NCBI GenBank assembly: GCA_963760615.1
Contig: CAVXDX010000004.1
Span: forward strand, 1-64,000
DNA: 64,000 bases
Reading direction: 5' to 3'
Origin: an uncultured Candidatus Micrarchaeota archaeon
GTDB taxonomy: Archaea; Micrarchaeota; Micrarchaeia; Burarchaeales; Fermentimicrarchaeaceae
The position numbers and the translations under genes are program-made. The notes under the pieces are model-generated. The model did no database searches and was not told where the DNA came from. It was given only the letters and a program-made list of their open reading frames with translations. Below, in pieces: positions 1 through 7,647 of this stretch (position 1 is its first letter; every line of letters begins with the position of its first letter).

Positions 1-2
1 TT

Positions 3-239
3 GTCTTCACCTCGGCTTTTGAGCGCTCGATAAGAAAGCTCAAGGATGCTGCAGTCAAGGAACGCATAAAAAAACAGATTGCGGAAATAATCGAGCGGCC
101 GAAAATTGGAAAACCACTCAGATTTGAGAAGAAGGGAGAGAGATCCGTGTGGCTTCCCCCTTTCAGGATTATCTACGCTCTACAGGATGATACAATCTAT
201 TTCCTTGATTTTGATAAAAGAGACAAGATCTACCGCTGA
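3..239 (+). CDS. RelE/ParE-family type II toxin (5' truncated by window edge)
   Basis: My translation of frame 3 (absent from the ORF track): VFTSAFERSIRKLKDAAVKERIKKQIAEIIERPKIGKPLRFEKKGERSVWLPPFRIIYALQDDTIYFLDFDKRDKIYR*. The 'P.IGKPL....G.RS....FRIIY' pattern and the 'RDKIY' ending are typical of archaeal RelE/ParE proteins. Confidence 0.8.
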   Translation, partial: VFTSAFERSIRKLKDAAVKERIKKQIAEIIERPKIGKPLRFEKKGERSVWLPPFRIIYALQDDTIYFLDFDKRDKIYR

Positions 240-265
240 TTTAGGAGATAAAAATTCATGCTGGT

Positions 266-799
266 TCACAAACTATAAGGCCGTACCTCTTCAAAGCTTA
301 CAATAAACTTCTTTCGTGGGCATCCCTCAACCTTCGCTCTCGCCTTCTCGCAGAGGTTTCTTAGAGATGCGATGAAGAGCACCAGCTCCCTGCCCTTCCC
401 ATTCCTCTCAGCCTCCTGCGCCCTGCTGAGCAGAGACTCTACATCCCCCTCAGTAACTTCTTCTCCCCACTTCACCTCTCCAAGAATAAGATATTTTGAA
501 TTCAGCCCGATCGCATCAAAGCAGGCGTCACCCCATGCGCTCCCGGCAACCTCGTAAGGGGGGACGACAAAACCAGCATGTATCAATGCATCCCTCACCC
601 TGTCTCTTGCGAACTTCTCCATCTTTTCTACTTCTACAACCTTTCCATTTTCCAGCAAAACCTCCTGGTAATTGCCGGTATACTCCAAAGCGCACAGAAT
701 TTTTCTTCTTAAAAGTGAAATGGGGTCTTCTGCTTCTTCCTTCGCTTCAACAGCCTTGTCCTCCTGTACCTTGCTTCTCAGCATGGCAAGAAGACCCAT
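266..799 (-). CDS. Stand-alone PD-(D/E)xK fold protein, DUF234-like
   Basis: The segment 'FDAIG...LILGEVKW' gives a D...E-x-K-W motif, followed by 'LVLFIAS'. It resembles the C-terminal domain of archaeal AAA ATPases (DUF234), but no ATPase domain is present. Confidence 0.55.
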   Translation of the reverse strand: MGLLAMLRSKVQEDKAVEAKEEAEDPISLLRRKILCALEYTGNYQEVLLENGKVVEVEKMEKFARDRVRDALIHAGFVVPPYEVAGSAWGDACFDAIGLNSKYLILGEVKWGEEVTEGDVESLLSRAQEAERNGKGRELVLFIASLRNLCEKARAKVEGCPRKKFIVSFEEVRPYSL

Positions 800-917
800 T
801 CCACCACCCCCTCAGGCCACCTTTCCATGGCTGGTGCACTTATTTTATAGAAAGGTATATATATAACTTTGCTTTCTTTAGACTGATTACAGTTCATTAT
901 ACACAATACACCCCAAT

Positions 918-945
918 ATACAGAATAGTATTTAAAATACAGAAT
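918..945 (+). promoter_or_regulatory. TATA box of the V4R operon flanked by a 9-bp direct repeat (candidate operator)
   Basis: ATACAGAAT occurs at 918-926 and 937-945, around TTTAAAAT (931-938). An SD-like AGGGTGA sits just before the ATG at 968. Confidence 0.4.
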
Positions 946-967
946 TCATACCTTATTCAGGGTGAAC

Positions 968-1312
968 ATGGGGAGACAGGCAAACGACCAGGGTGAGCAT
1001 AAATGGCGCCATCTCCGGGTGCTAGTGAAGCCCCAGAATCAGGCGATAATACATTTGCTTAGCGATGGCAAGCCCCGCATGCCTGTCGAGATATGCCGTG
1101 AATTGAAAGCATTTCCGAAAGCAACCCTTTACATAGCGATGAGGGAGCTTGTGATGAAGAAAATATTGATTCCGAAGATAATAGAGGATAAGGGGAAGAG
1201 GAGGAAGACACTTACCGAGATACTTGGTTATACATTGGATGAGGATGTCTCTGAGCTGGTGAGGATGCTGAATGAGGCAGATAAGCTGGCTGAGAACATA
1301 TCCATGAGGTAG
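968..1312 (+). CDS. Winged helix-turn-helix transcriptional regulator (ArsR/PadR-like), first gene of the V4R operon
   Basis: 'AIIHLLSDGKPRMPVEICRELKAFPKATLYIAMRELVMKKIL' followed by a wing ending in 'GYTL'. ATG 968 is preferred over GTG 962 because of SD spacing. Confidence 0.75.
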   Translation: MGRQANDQGEHKWRHLRVLVKPQNQAIIHLLSDGKPRMPVEICRELKAFPKATLYIAMRELVMKKILIPKIIEDKGKRRKTLTEILGYTLDEDVSELVRMLNEADKLAENISMR

Positions 1313-1825
1313 ATGGATTTGAAAGCAATGGTGTCAATTGAAAAGGGCCTTGTTGTCGTTGCTGGGCAGAGGTCAGTTCTCATACCGCCCAGCTTCATAA
1401 CACTGCTTCAGGACCGGGTGATGCAGGAGAAAGGAGAGAAATGGAGGGCGATATTCTACGAAGCGGGAAAGAAGGCACTAGAGGAAATAGCGCCAACCTA
1501 CAAGATGCTTCTGATGATTCCAAGAAATTCTGAAACATCAAAGAAAAAACTGATTGATGGAGTGGTTGAAATCTGGTCCTGGATGAGCTGCGGAAGGCCG
1601 GAAGTCACGAAAATGGACTTCAAGAGAAACAAATTCACATGTAGGTTCTACGACTCCGTTATTGCAAAACCATACATCGGGAGGGGGGACATGATGTGTG
1701 ATTACTTTTCTGGAGTGATAGCCGGCGGCTTCGGCTCCCTACTGGGGGTTAAGCTGAAATGCAGGGAAGTCAAATGCATCGCGCATGGGGATGAATTCTG
1801 CGAGTTTGAAGTTGAGGGTGTTTGA
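1313..1825 (+). CDS. V4R domain protein 1 (A-type, AGQR motif)
   Basis: N-terminal 'AGQR..L', 'FYEAG', 'MCDYFSG..AG' and C-terminal 'EVKCIAHGDEFCEF' (C...E-x2-C-x3-G-x3-C-x-F zinc motif). Confidence 0.9.
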   Translation: MDLKAMVSIEKGLVVVAGQRSVLIPPSFITLLQDRVMQEKGEKWRAIFYEAGKKALEEIAPTYKMLLMIPRNSETSKKKLIDGVVEIWSWMSCGRPEVTKMDFKRNKFTCRFYDSVIAKPYIGRGDMMCDYFSGVIAGGFGSLLGVKLKCREVKCIAHGDEFCEFEVEGV

Positions 1826-1826
1826 A

Positions 1827-2357
1827 GTGGAATACATAAAAAAGAAGGGCAAGGACCTGTTCATATTCGGCAAGCAGATTGTTGTCCTAGATGTCAGAGG
1901 GCTTTACCACATGAAAAAGGAGCTTGAGAAAGGTGTGGAGAAGCCGGATGAGATGCTTTACGAGGCTGGCAGGCTTTCTCTTATGGAAATTCACGAAAGC
2001 CTTGTCGCTTCCTTGGGGGATGCTGCCGAAACGATTCTCTCAGACAGGGAAAGCGCCCTTGACATGCTGGTCGATGCACTCAACCACTTGGGGCTTGGCG
2101 AGATATCTGTTCTAGAATTCAAGCCTGAGATAAAGTTTACAGTGAAGCACTCCGCAGGGGCGCAGGATTACATGAACAGGAAGGAGATGAGCAGGCATCC
2201 CACATGCTATGCGCTTGCGGGAATGTTTGCTGCCGTATCTGAGAAGCTACTTCAGACTCCTGTTATATGCAAGGAGACCAGATGCATTGCTTGCGGGGAT
2301 GAGGTTTGCGAATTTGTCATTCAGAATAATGCGAGAAAAAAAGAGGATGTAGGATGA
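1827..2357 (+). CDS. V4R domain protein 2 (B-like)
   Basis: 'GLYHMKKELEK', 'LYEAG', 'LNHLGLG', 'PTCYALAG' and 'ETRCIACGDEVCEF'. The GTG start at 1827 follows the upstream stop and a GAGGGTG SD. Confidence 0.9.
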   Translation: MEYIKKKGKDLFIFGKQIVVLDVRGLYHMKKELEKGVEKPDEMLYEAGRLSLMEIHESLVASLGDAAETILSDRESALDMLVDALNHLGLGEISVLEFKPEIKFTVKHSAGAQDYMNRKEMSRHPTCYALAGMFAAVSEKLLQTPVICKETRCIACGDEVCEFVIQNNARKKEDVG

Positions 2358-3442
2358 TATCCATGGTTCTCTCAGAAAATGAGGAGAAAATACTGAAGTC
2401 AATAATAGTGCCATCTGAGAATGACCCGCGTAAGCCTGAGTTCCCGCCAGACAAGCCGAGTTTCCCGGCCACACCGACCTACAAAATTGATGTGCCTGGT
2501 TTTTCCAATGTGTGGCTTAAAGACGAGAGTACGAACCCGACAGGGACTCACAAGGATAGGATGGCTTGGGAGATGGTTGTGACCTACAGGGATTTCCTTC
2601 TTGCCAAGAAGAGGGGGCAGATAAAAGGTCCCTTGCCCCACCTTTCCATTATTAGCTTCGGTTCCGCAGCCATTGCAATTCAAAACCAACTGAGAAAATA
2701 CAATCTACCTAATTTGAAGGTTCTGATTGATACTGATTTCATTGACCCCATTCTCCTAAAGGCACTCAAAAAGATGAAATGCGAGATTTACGAAACCGAT
2801 TTATCCAAGAAACCTCTTACTTTTAGAGAAATTCTCATTTTGACCCACAATCAGAACGGGTTTGATATTACATCCAATGAGGCTTTGGACCCAACGACTA
2901 GGTTCTACGACTGGCTGAGCTATGAAATAATAAACAATTCACCCGATTACGTTTTCATCCCATTTGGCACTGGAAATCTCTATGAAAATGTGCTGAACAC
3001 CACAAAAAAGGAAACTTCGACAAAAATCCATGACCCCAGATTCAAGGGTGATATAAACAAACTGAGAAACTGCAATTTTCTTGGTGCAACCACGAATAAT
3101 CCAAAGAGTAAAGCAGATAAGCTCTATTCTCCCCACCTGCCATTTGTCCACTACGATGAACAGTGGATTAGATTCTACAGATGCGCAGGATTCTGTGGCC
3201 CCCATTCAGGAGTTCATCTGATAAAAGAGGAGTTTTTGGATGAAGCCATAAATATAGCAAAATCGCAGGGAATAAATTTCGAGCCTTCCGGTATGGGCGG
3301 CCTGGCTCTAATGCTGCAGATGAAAAATAATCTTCCAAGAAACAAAAAGATGCTCATAGTCAGCACCGGAAAAACAAAAATCCCGCCAATTTGGCTCGGG
3401 GATGAGCTTTGTGAGTGTGTTATAAACGCTAAAAAGAGGTGA
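2354..3442 (+). CDS. PLP-dependent fold-type II enzyme (threonine synthase/cysteine synthase-like), substrate unknown
   Basis: 'VWLKDESTNPTGTHKDRMA' (Schiff-base Lys), 'SFGSAA', phosphate loop 'PFGTGNL' and 'EPSG'. ATGA overlap with V4R-2. Confidence 0.8.
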   Translation: MISMVLSENEEKILKSIIVPSENDPRKPEFPPDKPSFPATPTYKIDVPGFSNVWLKDESTNPTGTHKDRMAWEMVVTYRDFLLAKKRGQIKGPLPHLSIISFGSAAIAIQNQLRKYNLPNLKVLIDTDFIDPILLKALKKMKCEIYETDLSKKPLTFREILILTHNQNGFDITSNEALDPTTRFYDWLSYEIINNSPDYVFIPFGTGNLYENVLNTTKKETSTKIHDPRFKGDINKLRNCNFLGATTNNPKSKADKLYSPHLPFVHYDEQWIRFYRCAGFCGPHSGVHLIKEEFLDEAINIAKSQGINFEPSGMGGLALMLQMKNNLPRNKKMLIVSTGKTKIPPIWLGDELCECVINAKKR

Positions 3443-3446
3443 GTGG

Positions 3447-3977
3447 ATGATAGACAAGGACATAAAGCATGAGGTAATTATTGAAGAGGGGAAGACGACA
3501 ATTGCCGGTCAGAGAGCTATGCTGCTCTCTGTGAAGACAATAGCCACGCAGCAGAAGGAGCTGGAAAGGCTTGTTGGAGAGAAATGGGGTGCTGTTGTCT
3601 ACGAAGCGGAGAGGAAAGCAATACAGGAGGCAGCCCTGCAGATTTTCGGGCTGAAGCAGCTTGACTCCTTCACAAAGGGCAAAACATTCGACAAGAAAAG
3701 CATGGTGGAAACATTAATCAGCATATTCAACTGCGCAGGCTACGGGGTGCTGAAGCTGAAGAAATTCGATGAGGTTAAGCCATACGTCCTTGTAACAATG
3801 GAGAAGTCGACAATCCCACAGGAGTATGAGGAGAGGGATTCCCCGGTCTGCTTCAGGGTTGCAGGCATCCTTGCAGGAGGTTCAGAGGCGGTGTTCATGG
3901 TACCTATGAAGTGCAAGGAAAAGAAATGCATGTCGATGGGAGATTCGCACTGCGAGTTTGAGATAATGAGAAGGTGA
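3447..3977 (+). CDS. V4R domain protein 3 (A-type)
   Basis: 'IAGQRAMLLS', 'PVCFRVAGILAG' and 'EKKCMSMGDSHCEF'. GAGGTGAG SD upstream. Confidence 0.9.
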   Translation: MIDKDIKHEVIIEEGKTTIAGQRAMLLSVKTIATQQKELERLVGEKWGAVVYEAERKAIQEAALQIFGLKQLDSFTKGKTFDKKSMVETLISIFNCAGYGVLKLKKFDEVKPYVLVTMEKSTIPQEYEERDSPVCFRVAGILAGGSEAVFMVPMKCKEKKCMSMGDSHCEFEIMRR

Positions 3978-4537
3978 ATAGCTTGAGAGACATGGTAGAA
4001 ACCATAAAGTTAGAAGAAGGGAAAGTTACCATGTGCGATATGCCTATATTATTTGTTTTCACTAAATCCGTCTACTATATGCAGAAAGAATTGGAAGGAG
4101 TGCTAGGTGAGAAGTGGAAGAGAATGATGTATGAATGTGGCAAGAATGATGCGATGATTACTGTATCGGGCTTTTTTACATTGTTCCAGAATGAGGATAA
4201 GATAAAAGAACTGTTGCTTGTTGGCAAACCAGACCCCCTGAATAAAGCCGAATCTATGCAGTTCTTTACGGACCAATTCAATAAAATGGGTCTTGGGAGA
4301 GTGGAGATGGCAGAAACAGATACCAAAAAACTATCTTTTGTCCTGAGATTCTATTTCAGTCCAGTTGCGCAAGCCTATCTGGAACATGAGAAAAGCACTG
4401 AACCAGTATGCCACTATTTCTCGGGTTTGTGGTCCGGGGCATCTTCAACTTTCTATCCGGGTCTAGAAGCTTTTGAAAAGAAGTGCATGTCACGAGGAGA
4501 CCCCTACTGTGAGTTTGAAGTAAAAATGAGGCGATGA
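3974..4537 (+). CDS. V4R domain protein 4 (B-type)
   Basis: 'EEGKVTMCDMP..FTKSVYYMQKELE', 'FNKMGLG', 'PVCHYFSG' and 'EKKCMSRGDPYCEF'. GTGA overlap with V4R-3. Confidence 0.9.
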   Translation: MNSLRDMVETIKLEEGKVTMCDMPILFVFTKSVYYMQKELEGVLGEKWKRMMYECGKNDAMITVSGFFTLFQNEDKIKELLLVGKPDPLNKAESMQFFTDQFNKMGLGRVEMAETDTKKLSFVLRFYFSPVAQAYLEHEKSTEPVCHYFSGLWSGASSTFYPGLEAFEKKCMSRGDPYCEFEVKMRR

Positions 4538-4538
4538 T

Positions 4539-5075
4539 ATGAAACACATGATAGACACTCTCAAAATTGAGGAAGGGAAAGTTTTGATGAACGGAGTGCC
4601 CTTCACCTTTACCATGACAAAGTCTATTTACTATACACAAAAAGAGTTCGAAAAGATAATCGGGGAGAAATGGAAGAGGCTCTTTTACGAGCGTGGCAGA
4701 ATTGATGCAGTTGCTACCGTTGCCGGCTTCCTTGGAATGTTCCATAATGCTCCAGAAATAAATAAATTGCTTGCAGATAGACTAGAAGGCGTGCGATTCA
4801 GCATGAACGAATACAACAAGATGGGGTTGGGAAGGGCAGAGATGATAAAGGCAGATCCTGAAAAACCACTCTTCGTCTTCAGATACTACTTCAGCCCGGG
4901 TGCAGTCGCATACATAGAGCATGAGAAATCAAAAGAGCCGGTCTGCTACCATTTTGCAGGCATATGCGCTGGCGCGGTCTCAATTTTCTACCCCGGCATT
5001 GAAGCGACTGAAATTAAATGCATAGCCATGGGCGATCCTTACTGCGAGTTTGTCGCTAGCATTCTGAAGAGGTGA
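4539..5075 (+). CDS. V4R domain protein 5 (B-type)
   Basis: 'TKSIYYTQKEFE', 'YNKMGLG', 'PVCYHFAG' and 'EIKCIAMGDPYCEF'. Confidence 0.9.
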   Translation: MKHMIDTLKIEEGKVLMNGVPFTFTMTKSIYYTQKEFEKIIGEKWKRLFYERGRIDAVATVAGFLGMFHNAPEINKLLADRLEGVRFSMNEYNKMGLGRAEMIKADPEKPLFVFRYYFSPGAVAYIEHEKSKEPVCYHFAGICAGAVSIFYPGIEATEIKCIAMGDPYCEFVASILKR

Positions 5076-5079
5076 TGAG

Positions 5080-5616
5080 ATGAAACATATGGTAGAAACG
5101 ATGAAACTCGAAGAAGGGAAGGTGACAATGTGCAACCTTCCACTTACATTCACTTTTACCAAGTCAGTCTATTATATGCAAACAGAGTTAGAGAAGACAT
5201 TAGGAGATAAATGGAAGAAGATAGCGTATGAGTGCGGAAAAATTGATGGGGCCGTGTGTAATTCCAATTTTGCTGCAATGTTTCATAATGATCCTGATTT
5301 GATAAAACTAATCTCTGATAAATCGCAGGGTTTTAACTTCTGTGTGACTGAATATAATAGAATGGGTAAAGGTAAACTAGAGGCCGTAAAGGCCGATACA
5401 GAAAAATTCTCTTTTATTCTAAGAATGTATTTTAGTCCCATCGCCTTGGCGTATCTGGAACATGAGAAGACAACAGAACCCGTATGTTACCATATCGCTG
5501 GGATATTTGTTGGAGCAGGAAATATATTTTACCCTGGAATAGAGGCTGTTGAGACGAAGTGTCTGGCTAAAGGAGATCCGTATTGTGAATTTGTGATTGA
5601 AATACCAAAGAAGTGA
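5080..5616 (+). CDS. V4R domain protein 6 (B-type)
   Basis: 'FTKSVYYMQTELE', 'PVCYHIAG' and 'ETKCLAKGDPYCEF'. Confidence 0.9.
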   Translation: MKHMVETMKLEEGKVTMCNLPLTFTFTKSVYYMQTELEKTLGDKWKKIAYECGKIDGAVCNSNFAAMFHNDPDLIKLISDKSQGFNFCVTEYNRMGKGKLEAVKADTEKFSFILRMYFSPIALAYLEHEKTTEPVCYHIAGIFVGAGNIFYPGIEAVETKCLAKGDPYCEFVIEIPKK

Positions 5617-5620
5617 TTGT

Positions 5621-6157
5621 ATGAAGCATATGGTTGAACTAATGAAACTTAGTGAAGGAAAAATTACTCTATGCGATTTACCGATAATATTCACCTTTAC
5701 AAAATCAATGTATTATATTCAAAAAGAGCTTGAAAAAGTGGCAGGAGAATCATGGAAGAAAATACTCTATGAATGTGGCAAGATCGATGGCATAGGCTGT
5801 AATTCGAACTACGTAGGCATCTTTCACAATGATCCAGATTTTCAAAAACTTGCATCTGATAAATTTGGTGCTTTTAGTTTCTGCGTTGATGAGTTCAACA
5901 GGCTTGGAAAAGGACGGTTAGAGATAGTAACTGCAAATAAGGAGAAACCGCTCTTTATATTGCGGTATTATTTCAGTCCCATAGCATTAGCTTATCTAGA
6001 ACATGGCGGAGCTGCTGAACCGATTTGTTACCATTTTGCCGGAGTATTCTCTGGAGCCGCTAATATAGTCTACCCAGGCATAGAAGTAGTTGAGACTAAA
6101 TGCCTCGCGACGGGTGATCCTTACTGTGAGTTTATATTCGAAATACCAACAAAATAG
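5621..6157 (+). CDS. V4R domain protein 7 (B-type)
   Basis: ATG 5621 (MKHMVE) is chosen by alignment with paralogs 5 and 6. Motifs 'PICYHFAG' and 'ETKCLATGDPYCEF'. Confidence 0.9.
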   Translation: MKHMVELMKLSEGKITLCDLPIIFTFTKSMYYIQKELEKVAGESWKKILYECGKIDGIGCNSNYVGIFHNDPDFQKLASDKFGAFSFCVDEFNRLGKGRLEIVTANKEKPLFILRYYFSPIALAYLEHGGAAEPICYHFAGVFSGAANIVYPGIEVVETKCLATGDPYCEFIFEIPTK

Positions 6158-6165
6158 GTGATTCT

Positions 6166-6693
6166 TTGGTCAAGAAATTCGGGAATGACATCATCTTCGA
6201 TGATGGCAAAAGTATCGTTGCAGGTCAAAGAGGACTTCTTCTCAGCATCAAAAACATTGTCAACCAACAGAAAGAAATAGAAAGAGTGGTGGGACAAAAG
6301 TGGGGCTATGTGATATACGAAGCGGAGAGAAAAGCTATCCAAGAGGCCGTCCCGCAGATTATAAGTATTAAAAAAATTGACACACTACTTAAGAATTCTG
6401 AATTTAGTAAGAAGGCGATGGTTCAGAGCCTAATAGATATATTCAATCAAACAGGTTTGGGATTACTAAAACTTAAAACATTTGATGAAAGGAGGTTACG
6501 ATTTGAGGTTGCTGTAGAAAACTCTCCCATTCCAGAAGAATACGAGAAGAGAGATACGCCGGTTTGTTTTCATCTTGCGGGAATATTTGCAGGTGCTGCA
6601 GAAGCCATTTTTATGATGCCCATGGCATGTAAAGAAGTTAAATGTGCTAGTATGGGTGATTCATCTTGCAAATTTGAAATAACGAAGAGGTGA
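6166..6693 (+). CDS. V4R domain protein 8 (A-type, closest to V4R-3)
   Basis: 'VAGQRGLLLS', 'KWGYVIYEAERKAIQEA' (compare V4R-3 'KWGAVVYEAERKAIQEA'), 'PVCFHLAG' and 'EVKCASMGDSSCKF'. TTG start after an AGGTGA SD. Confidence 0.9.
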   Translation: MVKKFGNDIIFDDGKSIVAGQRGLLLSIKNIVNQQKEIERVVGQKWGYVIYEAERKAIQEAVPQIISIKKIDTLLKNSEFSKKAMVQSLIDIFNQTGLGLLKLKTFDERRLRFEVAVENSPIPEEYEKRDTPVCFHLAGIFAGAAEAIFMMPMACKEVKCASMGDSSCKFEITKR

Positions 6694-6697
6694 TTAA

Positions 6698-7228
6698 ATG
6701 GTGGACCTTGTTGATACATTAGCTCTTAACAAAGGAAGGATGTCGCTATCCACAGTTCCATTTGCTATATTCCTCACTAAATCAATTTACTATATGCAAG
6801 AAGAACTTAAAAAGCATACTGGAGATTCTTGGAAAAAAATATTGTACGATAGTGGAAAAACCGATGCGTTTGTTGCTAACACGAGTTATCTGCACATATG
6901 CGCGGAAGATCAAACTTTAAAAAATCTATTGACTGACAATAAAAAAGCCATATATTTCCTAGAACAGCAATATAACAAGATTGGAAAGGGCATAATAAAA
7001 GTAGAATATAACCTCAAACAAGACAGCATAGTACTACTGCAATATAGCCCGATAGCATTAGAGTACGTCGAGCATGGCGGAAGTAAAGAGCCACAATGCT
7101 ACTATTTTGCAGGTGTCTATGCAGGATCTATGTCCATATTCCACCCCGGAGCAGAAGCTAAAGAAACCAAATGCATGGCGAAAGGCGATCCGTACTGTGA
7201 GTTCATAGTAAACCTACAAAGAAAATGA
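6698..7228 (+). CDS. V4R domain protein 9 (B-type)
   Basis: 'TKSIYYMQEELK', 'YNKIGKG', 'PQCYYFAG' and 'ETKCMAKGDPYCEF'. Confidence 0.9.
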   Translation: MVDLVDTLALNKGRMSLSTVPFAIFLTKSIYYMQEELKKHTGDSWKKILYDSGKTDAFVANTSYLHICAEDQTLKNLLTDNKKAIYFLEQQYNKIGKGIIKVEYNLKQDSIVLLQYSPIALEYVEHGGSKEPQCYYFAGVYAGSMSIFHPGAEAKETKCMAKGDPYCEFIVNLQRK

Positions 7229-7277
7229 AAACAAGCAAATTTATTTATACCCTCCTACCATACTTTAAACGACCAGT

Positions 7278-7646
7278 ATGCCTGAAGAAACAATGTTGAG
7301 TGTTTTAGAGGATCTATTAAGAGAAGAAGATATATTGGCTGTAATGCTAGCTAGAAAAAATGAAGTTTCAATTACTCCTCCCCCCAACAAATTCAAATTA
7401 CACGATCCATCTATTTTTGGGCTTTTACAATCAACAATGAACGATTTTTTTACAGTTATAGAAAAATTGGCTGGACAGGGATTAGATAAAGTCTATTTCG
7501 AACTTGGGGACTATGAAGTTATGTTCTTTTTGATATCAGGAGATACTGCTCTAGTAGCAATACTTCCCGCTTTAGCTAATAAAGGTCTTTTGGAAGTAGA
7601 GATGGAGAACACTCGAAGAACTATTAAAAAATTAATTGGTCGATAA
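7278..7646 (+). CDS. Roadblock/LC7 (MglB-like) domain protein
   Basis: 122 aa with a helix / 'ILAVMLAR' strand / helix / beta strands / C-terminal helix layout. 'NKGLLEVEM' matches the roadblock 'N.GL...EM' pattern. It has its own TTTATA box at 7244-7249. Confidence 0.7.
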   Translation: MPEETMLSVLEDLLREEDILAVMLARKNEVSITPPPNKFKLHDPSIFGLLQSTMNDFFTVIEKLAGQGLDKVYFELGDYEVMFFLISGDTALVAILPALANKGLLEVEMENTRRTIKKLIGR

Positions 7647-7647
7647 G

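Noticed and set aside
106-306. ORF-track 66-aa ORF
   Set aside because: It is an out-of-frame shadow of the RelE-like gene at 3-239, which has a recognisable family pattern.
3974-6157. Tandem V4R copies as an assembly artefact
   Set aside because: The copies differ at many amino-acid and synonymous positions, and each has a plausible SD and start.
1313-7228. V4R proteins as H-NOX heme/NO sensors (Y-x-S in 'YFSP', His in 'FHN')
   Set aside because: The Arg of Y-x-S-x-R is absent, there is no His at the helix-F-equivalent 'NKMG' position, and all copies keep the V4R zinc motif.
1313-7646. Asgard-like TRAPP (Bet3 plus roadblock/longin) trafficking complex
   Set aside because: The Zn-binding C-terminal motif and XylR_N-like N-termini indicate classical V4R. 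No small GTPase, coat or other eukaryotic-signature genes are present.
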